From a virus (lineage: Duplodnaviria > Caudoviricetes): DNA of 38,986 bases. The stretch is from the IMG/VR virus record IMGVR_UViG_3300016474_000415, positions 1 to 38,986 of that record. One strand, given 5' to 3'. The position numbers and the translations under genes are program-made. A model generated the notes under the pieces. The model saw only the letters and a list, made by a program, of their open reading frames with translations. It was not told where the DNA came from and made no database searches. Positions 30,463 through 38,986 of this stretch are shown here, in pieces (the stretch's first letter is position 1; each line of letters starts with the position of its first letter).

Positions 30463-32625
30463 CCCCGGCAGCAGCAACGGATCCCACGGGTTGGTGGGTT
30501 TGGGTGGGGTGACGTTCAGCAGCCCGCGCGGCACGTTGGTGGCGCCGCGCTCCATCAACGAGATGGTGATGTTGTTCAGTGGGTCACGCACGGCCGCATC
30601 GCCAAACGGCAGCTTGGCAGCAAACGGTGCCACGTACTTGCTCAGGCCTTGAACCAGGTTGGCCACGCCCGCTGCGGTGTTGGAGTTGTTCACCGCTGAA
30701 CCCCGCGGCTGGAAGGTCTCGATGCTGCCAGTGCGGCCGATGGCCTTGAGCTGCTCGAGCTCCTCCGCGCTGAAGAACAGGCGCAGCTTGCGGTCGCCGA
30801 TGTCGTCCAGCGCCCGCAACCACTGCCGGCCCGAGAAGTTGGCCGTCTGCGTCTGGTTGCCCTTGCCGATGGCCGCGTCCTTGAGCTGCTGCACGATGGT
30901 GCCGCGCACGGCCTCGAGCGCCGGCTGACTGCTGCCGATCTCGCCGGCCAGCTTCTGCACGTCCTGCAGGCCTGCGGTCTTGCTCAGGATGTTGTTGCGG
31001 ATCCAGGTGTCAGCGTTCGCGCCCTCCACCGCAGACTGCACCCCGGGTGCGCTCTCCTGCCAGGTGCGCCACTGCCGATTCGCTGCGCGCGCCTGGTTCA
31101 GCGCATCCATCAGCGCGGCCGGGCCTTGATCCGCCGCCGCCATGGCCTGACCTTGGGCCCCGCTGACCACCTGGTTGCCGCCAAAGGCGGACTTTGCCGG
31201 CATCACCGCATCGCTGTCCAGCACGGTGCGGATGGTGGACAGGGCGTTCTTGGTGCGGCCGTCGGCGCGGCGCATGGCGTCGGCAATGTCGGACTTCAAC
31301 TCGTCCAGCACGTTGACGTTCCAAGGCACGTCGTAGGTTCTGCCCTCGCGCGTGACCGTGCCCTTGCTGATGGCGTCGATCTTGGCCATGATGTCCGCCG
31401 GCACCGAGCCCAGACGGTTGGCCTTGATCAGGTCATCGTAGACCCGCTGAATGACGCCGCGCTCCAGCGGGATGTCCCCGCCGGCCATCTGGTTGGCTTG
31501 CTTGTACAGGCCCTGCTTGGTGGCCTCCAGTTGGGCGTTGCGGCTCAGGATGGGCGACATGGCCGTCTGACCCGCGCCAAACGGGTCATTCACCGGGCGG
31601 AAGCCTTCCACTGCATCCAGCAGGGTGCGGTTGTTGCCTTGGGCGATCTGCGGCAGGCGCGCGTCCTGGTTGCCCGTGGCGGCGGCCATGCGCATGGCGT
31701 TTTGCTCGCGCGTGACGTCCATCGGGTCCAGCGTCAGCCGGCCGCGAGTGGGCGTGAGCCCCAGGCGCCGGTAGTCGGCCAGGCGCGCTAGGGCATCCTC
31801 GTTGAGCGAGCCGCCCGTCTTCAACGCCTGGCGCACATCGTCCATCAGCGCCTGCTTGAGCGCCGGGGTGATGCTGGCCGGGTCGATCCCCTGGTTTTGC
31901 AGAGCAATGGTGATGCGCCGCTCCACGTCCGCCGGCGCGGTCTTGGGCGTGATGAGGTTGCCCAGGGCCGAAGCCCCGGAGCGCGCGGCTCCGAGCGCAC
32001 CAGCCGCCCCCAAGCCGCCCAGCACCGAGGAGGCCATCTGGCCACCAAAGCCGGCCCCGTTTTCGGCGGCCTGCTGCCCCGCCATGCCCGACCCGGCGCC
32101 CGCCACGGTCTGCATCAACGGATCAGCGCCCAAGCGGTTGAACACCTCGCGCGTGGTGCCGCTGGTGAGCTTGCCAGCCTGGTTGGCCAGACCCGCACCA
32201 CCCGCCGCGCCCAGGCCCGTCTCCACGCCCTGCGACACGATGCGCTGCGTGGGGGTGTCGGGTTGGGGCAGTCCCATCTGCGTGAGCAGGCGGTCCAGCT
32301 GCGGCAGTTGCTGCTGGAAGCGCACACCCCGGCCTTCACCCAGCGCCAGGTCTTGCGCCTTGTTGGCCACGCCACCGAGGGCGTCCACAAACATGGCCGG
32401 CAGGGCTGCAGCGGCCTTGATGCCGGAGCGGGCGAAAAGGCCCGCTTGCGAGGCGAGGGTGTTGTTTTGGGTGGTGCCTTCGGGCTTGCTCTCGGCTTTG
32501 CTGTCCTGCAGCCACTCGGTCGGCACGTTGTAGCCGTTGCGTTGCAACTTGGCCACCAGCTCGGCCTTGGTTGTGCCCTCGGGCACGTTTTGGATCAGGG
32601 TGCCATCCGGCAGGCGCACATCCAT
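30442..32625 (-). CDS. Internal virion / DNA ejection protein (727 aa)
   Basis: MDVRLPDGTLIQNVPEGT start, Gly/Ala-rich helices, VNNSNTA near the C-terminus; podovirus position. Confidence 0.75.
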   Translation of the reverse strand: MDVRLPDGTLIQNVPEGTTKAELVAKLQRNGYNVPTEWLQDSKAESKPEGTTQNNTLASQAGLFARSGIKAAAALPAMFVDALGGVANKAQDLALGEGRGVRFQQQLPQLDRLLTQMGLPQPDTPTQRIVSQGVETGLGAAGGAGLANQAGKLTSGTTREVFNRLGADPLMQTVAGAGSGMAGQQAAENGAGFGGQMASSVLGGLGAAGALGAARSGASALGNLITPKTAPADVERRITIALQNQGIDPASITPALKQALMDDVRQALKTGGSLNEDALARLADYRRLGLTPTRGRLTLDPMDVTREQNAMRMAAATGNQDARLPQIAQGNNRTLLDAVEGFRPVNDPFGAGQTAMSPILSRNAQLEATKQGLYKQANQMAGGDIPLERGVIQRVYDDLIKANRLGSVPADIMAKIDAISKGTVTREGRTYDVPWNVNVLDELKSDIADAMRRADGRTKNALSTIRTVLDSDAVMPAKSAFGGNQVVSGAQGQAMAAADQGPAALMDALNQARAANRQWRTWQESAPGVQSAVEGANADTWIRNNILSKTAGLQDVQKLAGEIGSSQPALEAVRGTIVQQLKDAAIGKGNQTQTANFSGRQWLRALDDIGDRKLRLFFSAEELEQLKAIGRTGSIETFQPRGSAVNNSNTAAGVANLVQGLSKYVAPFAAKLPFGDAAVRDPLNNITISLMERGATNVPRGLLNVTPPKPTNPWDPLLLPGLLSVSP

Positions 32626-33884
32626 TACTTCAGGCTCCCAAAGTCCACCGCCGGAGCTTCCGGCATTTGCACCTTGTAGAAGGGCACGAAGGGCGCGAAC
32701 TGTGGGCCCACGTTCTTCAGCGCCGCGTCATGCTGCTGCACCTTGAAACTGTTGACCTTGCGCAGCACGGTGGACAGCGACTGAATCTCCGGCACCGTCA
32801 TGCTGTCAATATCGCCACCCGCAGCTCGGCTGATCAGCGCGCGCTCGCCCTCGGTGATCTGCCCTTGGCCGGCCAGCAACTTGGCTCCGTCGGCCGCCAG
32901 TGACGCTGCACCCTGCAGCAGCTTGCGCGTGTTGCCCAGCACTTCAGCGTTGTCTTTGCCGGTCACGCCAAGGCTTTGTCCAAGTTGACGCCCGAAAGTC
33001 TCAAACTTGGCCGTGGGGCCCACCGCCACCTTGCCGCTGTTGACCGCCTCATCAATGCGGTTCAACGTGCGCAGGTTGTTGGCGGCGGCTTGTGCTTGGT
33101 CGCGCGAGGTGGCCAGCATGGACGCCGCGTCCTTGGCAAACGCAGCACCAAATCCTTGGTCCATGCTGACGCTGACGTTGGTGGCGCCGGCTTTCTTCTG
33201 CTCTGTCTGGAACTGTTGGAAGGTGCCCTTGTAGCCCTGATTCACCGCAAACTGGTACTCGCGGATCGCCGCCGGTGTGTCGCTGGCTTTGGGCAGGCCT
33301 TGCGCCAAAGTCTTGTAGCCCGAAGACCTGCCGCTGAGCAGCACCTCATCAGGCCCGAGCTTGATCGGCGCATCGTCTTTGGCCGTGGCCGTGAGGTACT
33401 CCATCGGCTTGAGCTGGCGGGCCTGCAGGGCTTCGTACAGGAACTGATTGCGCGGATCCACTGCGGGCATGCGCGCGGCGTTTTCCACGGTGGGGCTGGC
33501 ATTAGCCCCCAAGGACTGCAGCGCCTGCGCCTGTGGGCTGGGCAGGCTTTTGATGAAAGCGTCGTCGCGCTCTTTCTGCGCCTGCGCTTCGGCATCAGCA
33601 CGTGCGGCCTGATTGAGCTGCAAACCACCGAGCTGCTGCTGCAGAACGAACTGCTGCTGCGCGCGCAGCTCCTGCGCGGCGCGCTGCGCGAGCAAGGCCT
33701 TGCGCTCCTCCTCTTCCTGCTGCGCCTTCTTGGCCGCGCCCATGGTCGCGCCGTAGGCGTTCAGCCCCAAGGCCAGGCGCTGCATGGTGTTGCCTTGCCC
33801 ACCAAGCAGGCCGCCGGCAAGCTGCAGCGCGGCCATCGTCTTGGGGTCGTCCCAACTGGTGCCCAGAATGTCCAGCAGTCCCAT
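32625..33884 (-). CDS. Internal virion / DNA ejection protein
   Basis: MGLLDILG start, PAAIREYQFAVNQGYKGTF, GQGQITEGER. Confidence 0.7.
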   Translation of the reverse strand: MGLLDILGTSWDDPKTMAALQLAGGLLGGQGNTMQRLALGLNAYGATMGAAKKAQQEEEERKALLAQRAAQELRAQQQFVLQQQLGGLQLNQAARADAEAQAQKERDDAFIKSLPSPQAQALQSLGANASPTVENAARMPAVDPRNQFLYEALQARQLKPMEYLTATAKDDAPIKLGPDEVLLSGRSSGYKTLAQGLPKASDTPAAIREYQFAVNQGYKGTFQQFQTEQKKAGATNVSVSMDQGFGAAFAKDAASMLATSRDQAQAAANNLRTLNRIDEAVNSGKVAVGPTAKFETFGRQLGQSLGVTGKDNAEVLGNTRKLLQGAASLAADGAKLLAGQGQITEGERALISRAAGGDIDSMTVPEIQSLSTVLRKVNSFKVQQHDAALKNVGPQFAPFVPFYKVQMPEAPAVDFGSLK

Positions 33885-33888
33885 GTGC

Positions 33889-34782
33889 TTACCTCCGAAA
33901 TGGGTTGCCCGCCACGCCGCCGCCAAGCAGGCCTTGGCCGACGTTCATCATGTTGGTGTAGCCCTGCGCGTAGGCGGGGTTGAGCAGGTAGTTCTTCTGC
34001 ATGTCGATGCCCTGGCGCTGCAGCTCGTTCAAGCCGCCGGTGGCCATTTGGTCGTTGAACAGCTTGGTGGCCGAGCCCAGCAGGCCGCCGGTGCCGTCAG
34101 CGCCGTAGACGTAGTTGGCCAGGCGCGGGTCCATCTCCTTGGTGGTGTTGGAGGTGGTGGTCTTGCCGCCCGAGGTGCCGCCCAGCACGGCGCCGGCAAT
34201 CGGCAGGGCCGCTTTGAGCAGGCCCCCTGCGGCGCCAGCGCCGGCGGCGGTGGTGAGCGCTCCTCCCAATGTGGTCGCCGGCAGCCCAGCCTCAAAGGCG
34301 GACACGGCGGCGGGCGTGACTCCAGCCGTCAGCGATCCGACACCGAACTCGCCCGGCAGCCCAGCCTCAAAGGCGGACACGGAGCCCGGAGTCACGCCGG
34401 ACGTCAATGAGCCAGCCTCGCCACCACCCAGCAGGCCGCCTGCACCAAACACGCTGGGCTGCCCCAGCATGGCGCCCAAGCCATTGGCTCCCAGCGCTGC
34501 CAAGGCCAAGGGGGCCATGTCTTTGGCAAATTGGCCCGCTAGTTGAAACGCGTTGCCGGGCTTCTTGAACTGCGCTTCACCAATGTACGAGCCGTCAGGC
34601 GCGTAGCTGTACCAGGTATCGCCGTAGCTGCTTCGGGTCGGGTCGTAGAAAGCGTAGCCAGTCAGTTCATCGGTGCCGCCTTGCTCAGCAGACACAGGCC
34701 GGCTGATCAACGGGTCCAGCTTCCAACCCGGCCGCTCTGCAAGCAGCTTTGCGGTCAGTTCTTGTAGTGCCTTTGCGTCCAT
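33889..34782 (-). CDS. Internal virion protein (Gly/Ala-rich)
   Basis: Hydrophobic Gly-rich segments, GGKTTTSNTTKEMDP; internal 25-aa duplication. Confidence 0.65.
   Translation of the reverse strand: MDAKALQELTAKLLAERPGWKLDPLISRPVSAEQGGTDELTGYAFYDPTRSSYGDTWYSYAPDGSYIGEAQFKKPGNAFQLAGQFAKDMAPLALAALGANGLGAMLGQPSVFGAGGLLGGGEAGSLTSGVTPGSVSAFEAGLPGEFGVGSLTAGVTPAAVSAFEAGLPATTLGGALTTAAGAGAAGGLLKAALPIAGAVLGGTSGGKTTTSNTTKEMDPRLANYVYGADGTGGLLGSATKLFNDQMATGGLNELQRQGIDMQKNYLLNPAYAQGYTNMMNVGQGLLGGGVAGNPFRR
34278..34410. repeat. Intragenic tandem duplication, 75-bp period
   Basis: ccggcagcccagcctcaaaggcggacacgg occurs twice (SLT.GVTP..VSAFEAGLP x2). Confidence 0.8.
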
Positions 34783-34789
34783 GCTGCCC

Positions 34790-36334
34790 TCACGGCTTGT
34801 TGAAGATGTTGTAGAGCTGCGCACCCACCAGCGCGCCGCCCAGCGCGCCCGCCCCGGCGTTGCCCGGGGTGGAGGTGCTGGTGTTGCCGAAGCCGGTGAA
34901 TGGGCTCACGGTGTTGGTGTAGTTGCCCACCACGTTCCACGGCGCTTGCTGCTGCGTCAGGCCCAGGTTGTAGAGCCCCTGACCCTGCTGCTGCATGCCG
35001 GTGTTGCCCTGCTGCACCAGGTTGGCGCCCAGTTGAGTGGCTTGCAGATCCTGACCGCGCTGGTTGGTGTAGAAGTTCTGCAGGCTGTTCTGGTAGCCCA
35101 GGCCGAGGTTCCCCATGCCCAGCGCGTAGTTCTGGTTGCTGTTCTGGAACCCGAGCGCCAAGTTACCCAGGCCCATGTTGTAGTTTTGGTCGCCCTGGTA
35201 CTTCTGCAGCCCCCGGCTCATGGCGTTGTTGTAGTCCTGGCCGTACAGGTTGGCCAGCGCCCCCGACAGCCCGGTGTTGGCGTCCTTCAGCGCGTTGGCC
35301 TCCACCACACCCTGGCGTGAGCCACCGTAGCCGCCCGCCGCCACCGCCGCGCTGCCGATGCCCGGCAGGATGTTGCGCTGCAGGTTGTCCGTCACCTGCT
35401 GGCGGATGGTGTCTGCCATCTGCCCTAGGTAGGGGTTGGGCGTGTAGGTGAAGGGGTTGCCCAGCGTCTGCGGCATGTAGGGGTTGGCCGTATTGCCGCC
35501 CGCACCCCCTGCTGCAGCACCACCTGCCGCGCCCCCTGCCGCTCCAGCAGCTCCACCGGTTGCGCCACCCGCAGCGCCGCCAGCGGTGTTGCCGCGCTGC
35601 GCCGTGGCCAGGGTGGTCAGCGCCTGCCAGTCGGCATCGGTTTGCTGCCCTAGGTTGTTGTTGACATTGGTGCGGATCTGCGCGTCGGTCAGGCCGTTGC
35701 TCAGCCCCAGGTTGTAGACCTGCGCCTTCTGCTCGGGCGTCAGGTTCTGCGCGATGCCCTTCAGCGCGTTCCAGTCGCTGTCGGACTGCATGCCAAACAA
35801 GCCGCTGGCCTCCATGCGCACCTGCTCGTCGGTCTTGCCGCCCGCCAATCCGCTCAGGTAGGCCTGCGCCTTCTGCTGCGGGGTCAAGCCCTGCAGGTTG
35901 GCTAGTTGCTCCGGGGTCAGAGTCTGCCGCTGCGCTAAACCACGCAGATACGCCCACTCATTGTTGCCTTGCGCATCAATCGCCGCCTGGGTTTCCGCAT
36001 ACGGGCTTCGACTTCTTTGGGTGCCGGCGGGCAAACCGATGTTGTCCGCAGCTTGGCGGATTTCCGCATCCGTGAACCCATCTTGCCGCAGTCGGTTGTA
36101 CTCCCGCGCTTTGCCCTCCGCGGTTGTCATGTTGGCGGGATCAAAAACAATCCCGGTGTTCTGCTGCGCCAGACTCTTCAAAGCGTTCCAGTCGCTATCC
36201 GTTTGTGCGCCGAATTGCGTGCTTGCCGCTTGCCGAATTGCCGCGTCTGAGTAGCCTTCGCCAAGCAGCCGGTTGTACTCCCGGGCCTTTCCGACGGCGC
36301 TTTTCATGTTGGAAGGATTGAAGGTGATCGGCAT
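34790..36334 (-). CDS. Internal virion / pilot protein with N-terminal helical repeats
   Basis: Four KA..Y..G.TDA.IR..Q.D.DW.AL repeats; NPYLGQM..AGGYGGSRQGV Gln/Gly/Asn-rich domain. Confidence 0.7.
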   Translation of the reverse strand: MPITFNPSNMKSAVGKAREYNRLLGEGYSDAAIRQAASTQFGAQTDSDWNALKSLAQQNTGIVFDPANMTTAEGKAREYNRLRQDGFTDAEIRQAADNIGLPAGTQRSRSPYAETQAAIDAQGNNEWAYLRGLAQRQTLTPEQLANLQGLTPQQKAQAYLSGLAGGKTDEQVRMEASGLFGMQSDSDWNALKGIAQNLTPEQKAQVYNLGLSNGLTDAQIRTNVNNNLGQQTDADWQALTTLATAQRGNTAGGAAGGATGGAAGAAGGAAGGAAAGGAGGNTANPYMPQTLGNPFTYTPNPYLGQMADTIRQQVTDNLQRNILPGIGSAAVAAGGYGGSRQGVVEANALKDANTGLSGALANLYGQDYNNAMSRGLQKYQGDQNYNMGLGNLALGFQNSNQNYALGMGNLGLGYQNSLQNFYTNQRGQDLQATQLGANLVQQGNTGMQQQGQGLYNLGLTQQQAPWNVVGNYTNTVSPFTGFGNTSTSTPGNAGAGALGGALVGAQLYNIFNKP

Positions 36335-36338
36335 GTTG

Positions 36339-36584
36339 TTACCCCAAAAAGCGCCATGCTCCGGCGCGGTATCCGTAGAAGCCACCCCCGCTGCCGGGGT
36401 TCCAGCTCGTGCCATCCGCCAGCACCACCATGCCGTCTCTGGGCTTGGCCGGGGCCACGTACAGCATCTCCAGGCTCAGAAACTGGTTGCCCTCCAGCGT
36501 GGCGCGGGCGATGTTCAGCAGCTCTTGCTGCAAGAACGCCGGCAGGTCCGCCGGGTCGGGCGGTACAGCACGCGGTTGGTACAT
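36339..36584 (-). CDS. Small tail-associated protein
   Basis: APAKPRDGMVVLADGTSWNPGSGGGFYGY. Confidence 0.7.
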   Translation of the reverse strand: MYQPRAVPPDPADLPAFLQQELLNIARATLEGNQFLSLEMLYVAPAKPRDGMVVLADGTSWNPGSGGGFYGYRAGAWRFLG

Positions 36585-38113
36585 CAGTACGCCCCCGTGC
36601 TCACCACGTCCAAGTCAAACGACCGGACGCGAAAGGGCACATTGGCCGACATCTCCACCGCCAAGAATCGGCCCTGCGCGAACGCATCGGCCTTGATGGC
36701 CGAGCCGATGGTGAAATTGACGGGGCTGGACCACGTCACGCTCTGATCGGCGTTCATCGCTGCGCCCACGCGCACTGCAACAGTGCTGCCCGCCGGGCCG
36801 TCAATGCGTGGATAGACCGCGCGCACCAGCTTCATGGCGTAGGGGTCGTCCAGCGTCATGCCCGTGCGTTGCAGCGTGCCCGTCAGGCCCGTGGCGCCGT
36901 CGTCGGTCGCCCCCACGTCAAAGGCCTTGATGGCCGTGGTGGTGGACAGCAGCAGGCGCGCCTCGTTGGGCGCGTAGTCGTTACCGGTCCACGTGGTCTC
37001 GTCCCAGTCCCAAGCGTCGGGGTCAGCGGCCCAGGTGGTGGCGGTGCTGTAGTCCAGCTGGCCGCTGGCGCCGTAGGTCACATCGGTAAGGTCACGCAGG
37101 CCCCACAACTTGGTCTGCCAGTTCCAGACGCAGGCCTTGTTGCAATAGCTTGAGCCGCTGAACGGGAAACAGATCAGCACCTCGTTACGCTGCGGGTTGC
37201 TGGTGACAAACGCGCGCTTGTAGTTGTCGCTGGACAGGTTGTTGAAGATGTACTTTCTCACCAACCCATCGGCGATGCTCACCATGCCCTGGCCGGTGTT
37301 CAGAATCACATCTCCAGCGGCCAGCACCACGTTGCCCACCGGCGTGTTGACGCCACATCCTCGAGCCAACATGCCGTACTCGCCGGGCATGCGCCGGAAC
37401 TGGAAAATGAAGGGCTGACCGACAAAGCGCATCTCGTAGCACGAGCGCTCCTTGTAGACCGCCAGCACGTCGCCCAAGGGCAGGGCGTCCACCAGCAGGT
37501 CAGGCGTCTCGGCGAGGTCTTGCTCGCCGGCGTCCTTGGTCGCGTCGGTCTCGTCCCAGCTGGACGGGATGGTGCCCGCCACCGCGGCGTGGCTCCACTT
37601 GACCATGTGCGGGTAGGCTGTGCCGCTCTTGGTGATGTTCAGCGCCACCAAGTAGTTCTTGAACGGGATCAGCGACTGGCAGCGCCAGTTCGCATTCCAG
37701 CCCGTGAGCGTGGCGAGGTCGTTGGCGACGTTGCCGCCCCAATATTGCGGCTGGTCCACGCCGTTGTTCATCACCAGCACGCCACCCAGCACGCCGCCGG
37801 TCCAGCGGTCGTCTTGAGCGCCGGTGAACAGGCTGGCCGGGGTGATCTCGGTGCGCGTGGTGCCGTCGTCCACAAACACCTTCTGCGTGCCGGCGTGCAC
37901 CCAGAACTTCTTGGTGGTGGTCTGGTAGGCCTGGATCCAGTACGGCGTGATGCTGGGCGCAGTGAAGACCGACGACGTGCCCCTAAAGCGCTGAGCGTAG
38001 CCGTTCAAGAAGCGCATGTTGGACACGCTGGACCACATGCCCGACTCCAGCTCTTCGGCCGACAGGTCTGGGTTCCAGCCCCTGCCGCAGTCGTTGATCT
38101 TGACGATGGGCAT
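36584..38113 (-). CDS. Tail nozzle / DNA-stabilization protein (P22 gp10 / tail tubular B-like)
   Basis: 509 aa beta-rich; start MPIVKIND; VKWSH, GRFLAVEM; position after the fibre chaperone. Confidence 0.7.
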   Translation of the reverse strand: MPIVKINDCGRGWNPDLSAEELESGMWSSVSNMRFLNGYAQRFRGTSSVFTAPSITPYWIQAYQTTTKKFWVHAGTQKVFVDDGTTRTEITPASLFTGAQDDRWTGGVLGGVLVMNNGVDQPQYWGGNVANDLATLTGWNANWRCQSLIPFKNYLVALNITKSGTAYPHMVKWSHAAVAGTIPSSWDETDATKDAGEQDLAETPDLLVDALPLGDVLAVYKERSCYEMRFVGQPFIFQFRRMPGEYGMLARGCGVNTPVGNVVLAAGDVILNTGQGMVSIADGLVRKYIFNNLSSDNYKRAFVTSNPQRNEVLICFPFSGSSYCNKACVWNWQTKLWGLRDLTDVTYGASGQLDYSTATTWAADPDAWDWDETTWTGNDYAPNEARLLLSTTTAIKAFDVGATDDGATGLTGTLQRTGMTLDDPYAMKLVRAVYPRIDGPAGSTVAVRVGAAMNADQSVTWSSPVNFTIGSAIKADAFAQGRFLAVEMSANVPFRVRSFDLDVVSTGAY

Positions 38114-38114
38114 G

Positions 38115-38444
38115 TCAGACGGTGGGCCAGGTGATGCTGTGCGGGAAGCCCGGCTGCGCAGGCAAGTCCCGCAGGGCCTGCCGGTAGGCCGCCCACGCGG
38201 CTTGGTCCACCGGGGCGTCGGCCACCTGCGTCCAGTCGCTTTGCGCCAGCAGCTGGTCTCGCCGCTGGCGCGCTGCGGCGGCCAGCTCGGCGGTGCGGTC
38301 CGGGGCTTGCCAAACCTGGCCGTCGTACAGCCATCCAGGCGAGCAATCGTCCGGGCAAGCCACGGCGCCGATCTCGGCAGCAAAAGCGGCATCGGCCACG
38401 ATGACGTTGAGCACCTGGCCTTCATTGATCACTGCGTAACGCAT
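38115..38444 (-). CDS. Tail fibre assembly chaperone
   Basis: RQRRDQLLAQSDWTQVADAP..WAAYRQALRDLPAQPGFP..WP. Confidence 0.85.
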   Translation of the reverse strand: MRYAVINEGQVLNVIVADAAFAAEIGAVACPDDCSPGWLYDGQVWQAPDRTAELAAAARQRRDQLLAQSDWTQVADAPVDQAAWAAYRQALRDLPAQPGFPHSITWPTV

Positions 38445-38458
38445 GTGGGTCTCCTGTG

Positions 38459-38986
38459 TCACCAGCTTGTGATGCGGGCGTAGCCGTTGCCGCCCGCGCC
38501 ACCCGCGCCAGAGTTGAAGCCGTTGAGCGAAGCGCCACCGCCGCCCCCGCCGGCCGCCACGCCGCCGGCACCACCTGCGCCGGCGGCGACTGTCGTGCCA
38601 TAGGAGCCGCCGCCGCCGCCGGTGCCTGACACCTTGCCGGTGACACTGGAGCCCGCAGACCCGGCGCCGCCTTGGCCGCTGCCGGCTGCGCCACCACCGA
38701 GCGCGCTGACAAAATCCGTGATTCCACCGCCTTGATTGGCTGCCGTTGTGCTGTTGGAACTATTGATGCACGCACCAGCGCCTCCGCCTGGACCGCCATT
38801 GGCAGATATTCCACCCCCGCCGGACGTTGATACGTTGGGGTGGCTGCCCCCAGCGGCGCCGCCATCTTGCGAGCCATATCCATGGCCAGTGCTTTGAACG
38901 CCAGCGCGTGCCCCCAACTCACCAAAACCTTGGCCTCGATAGGTCAACGTGCCGTCGCTCACGCTTGACACCTGAATGCCCCCACC
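38459..38986 (-). CDS. Glycine-rich tail fibre, 3' part
   Basis: Gly-rich, ends GGAGGNGYARITSW; continuation of 1..1034. Confidence 0.85.
   Translation of the reverse strand, partial: GGGIQVSSVSDGTLTYRGQGFGELGARAGVQSTGHGYGSQDGGAAGGSHPNVSTSGGGGISANGGPGGGAGACINSSNSTTAANQGGGITDFVSALGGGAAGSGQGGAGSAGSSVTGKVSGTGGGGGSYGTTVAAGAGGAGGVAAGGGGGGASLNGFNSGAGGAGGNGYARITSW
38736..38986. repeat. Terminal direct repeat, right copy
   Basis: Duplicate of 1-251; unit genome about 38,735 bp. Confidence 0.95.

Overview
The window is an apparently complete, circularly closed temperate phage genome of about 38,735 bp; bases 1-251 are repeated exactly at 38736-38986. It is GC-rich, has lambdoid/P22-like gene order and a podovirus-type virion module (no tape measure or tail tube seen). 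Gene content and a CTG-N10-CAG SOS box suggest a betaproteobacterial host (inference). Minus strand, right to left across the junction: cro/cII-like, replication initiator, DnaB-like helicase, resolvase, Q-like protein, C5 methyltransferase, late promoter, terS/terL, portal, accessory head proteins, scaffold, major capsid, adaptor, tail fibre, nozzle, ejection proteins, lysis. Plus strand: cI, the early recombination operon (Sak, HNH-AP2, SSB-like, NinB, ParB) and xis, converging on a tyrosine integrase beside attP. Most notable: (1) a cI repressor that looks non-cleavable and carries an internal LexA box, promoter, SD and in-frame GTG that could express its C-terminal domain alone as an SOS-induced antirepressor; (2) an 850-nt group I intron with a LAGLIDADG ORF splitting the major capsid gene; (3) a promoter- and terminator-bounded tRNA-like RNA without an anticodon arm next to attP; (4) a C5 methyltransferase encoded in two fully overlapping frames; (5) an attP that carries a tRNA 5' end plus a replacement promoter. 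All calls come from reading the sequence; no searches were run.
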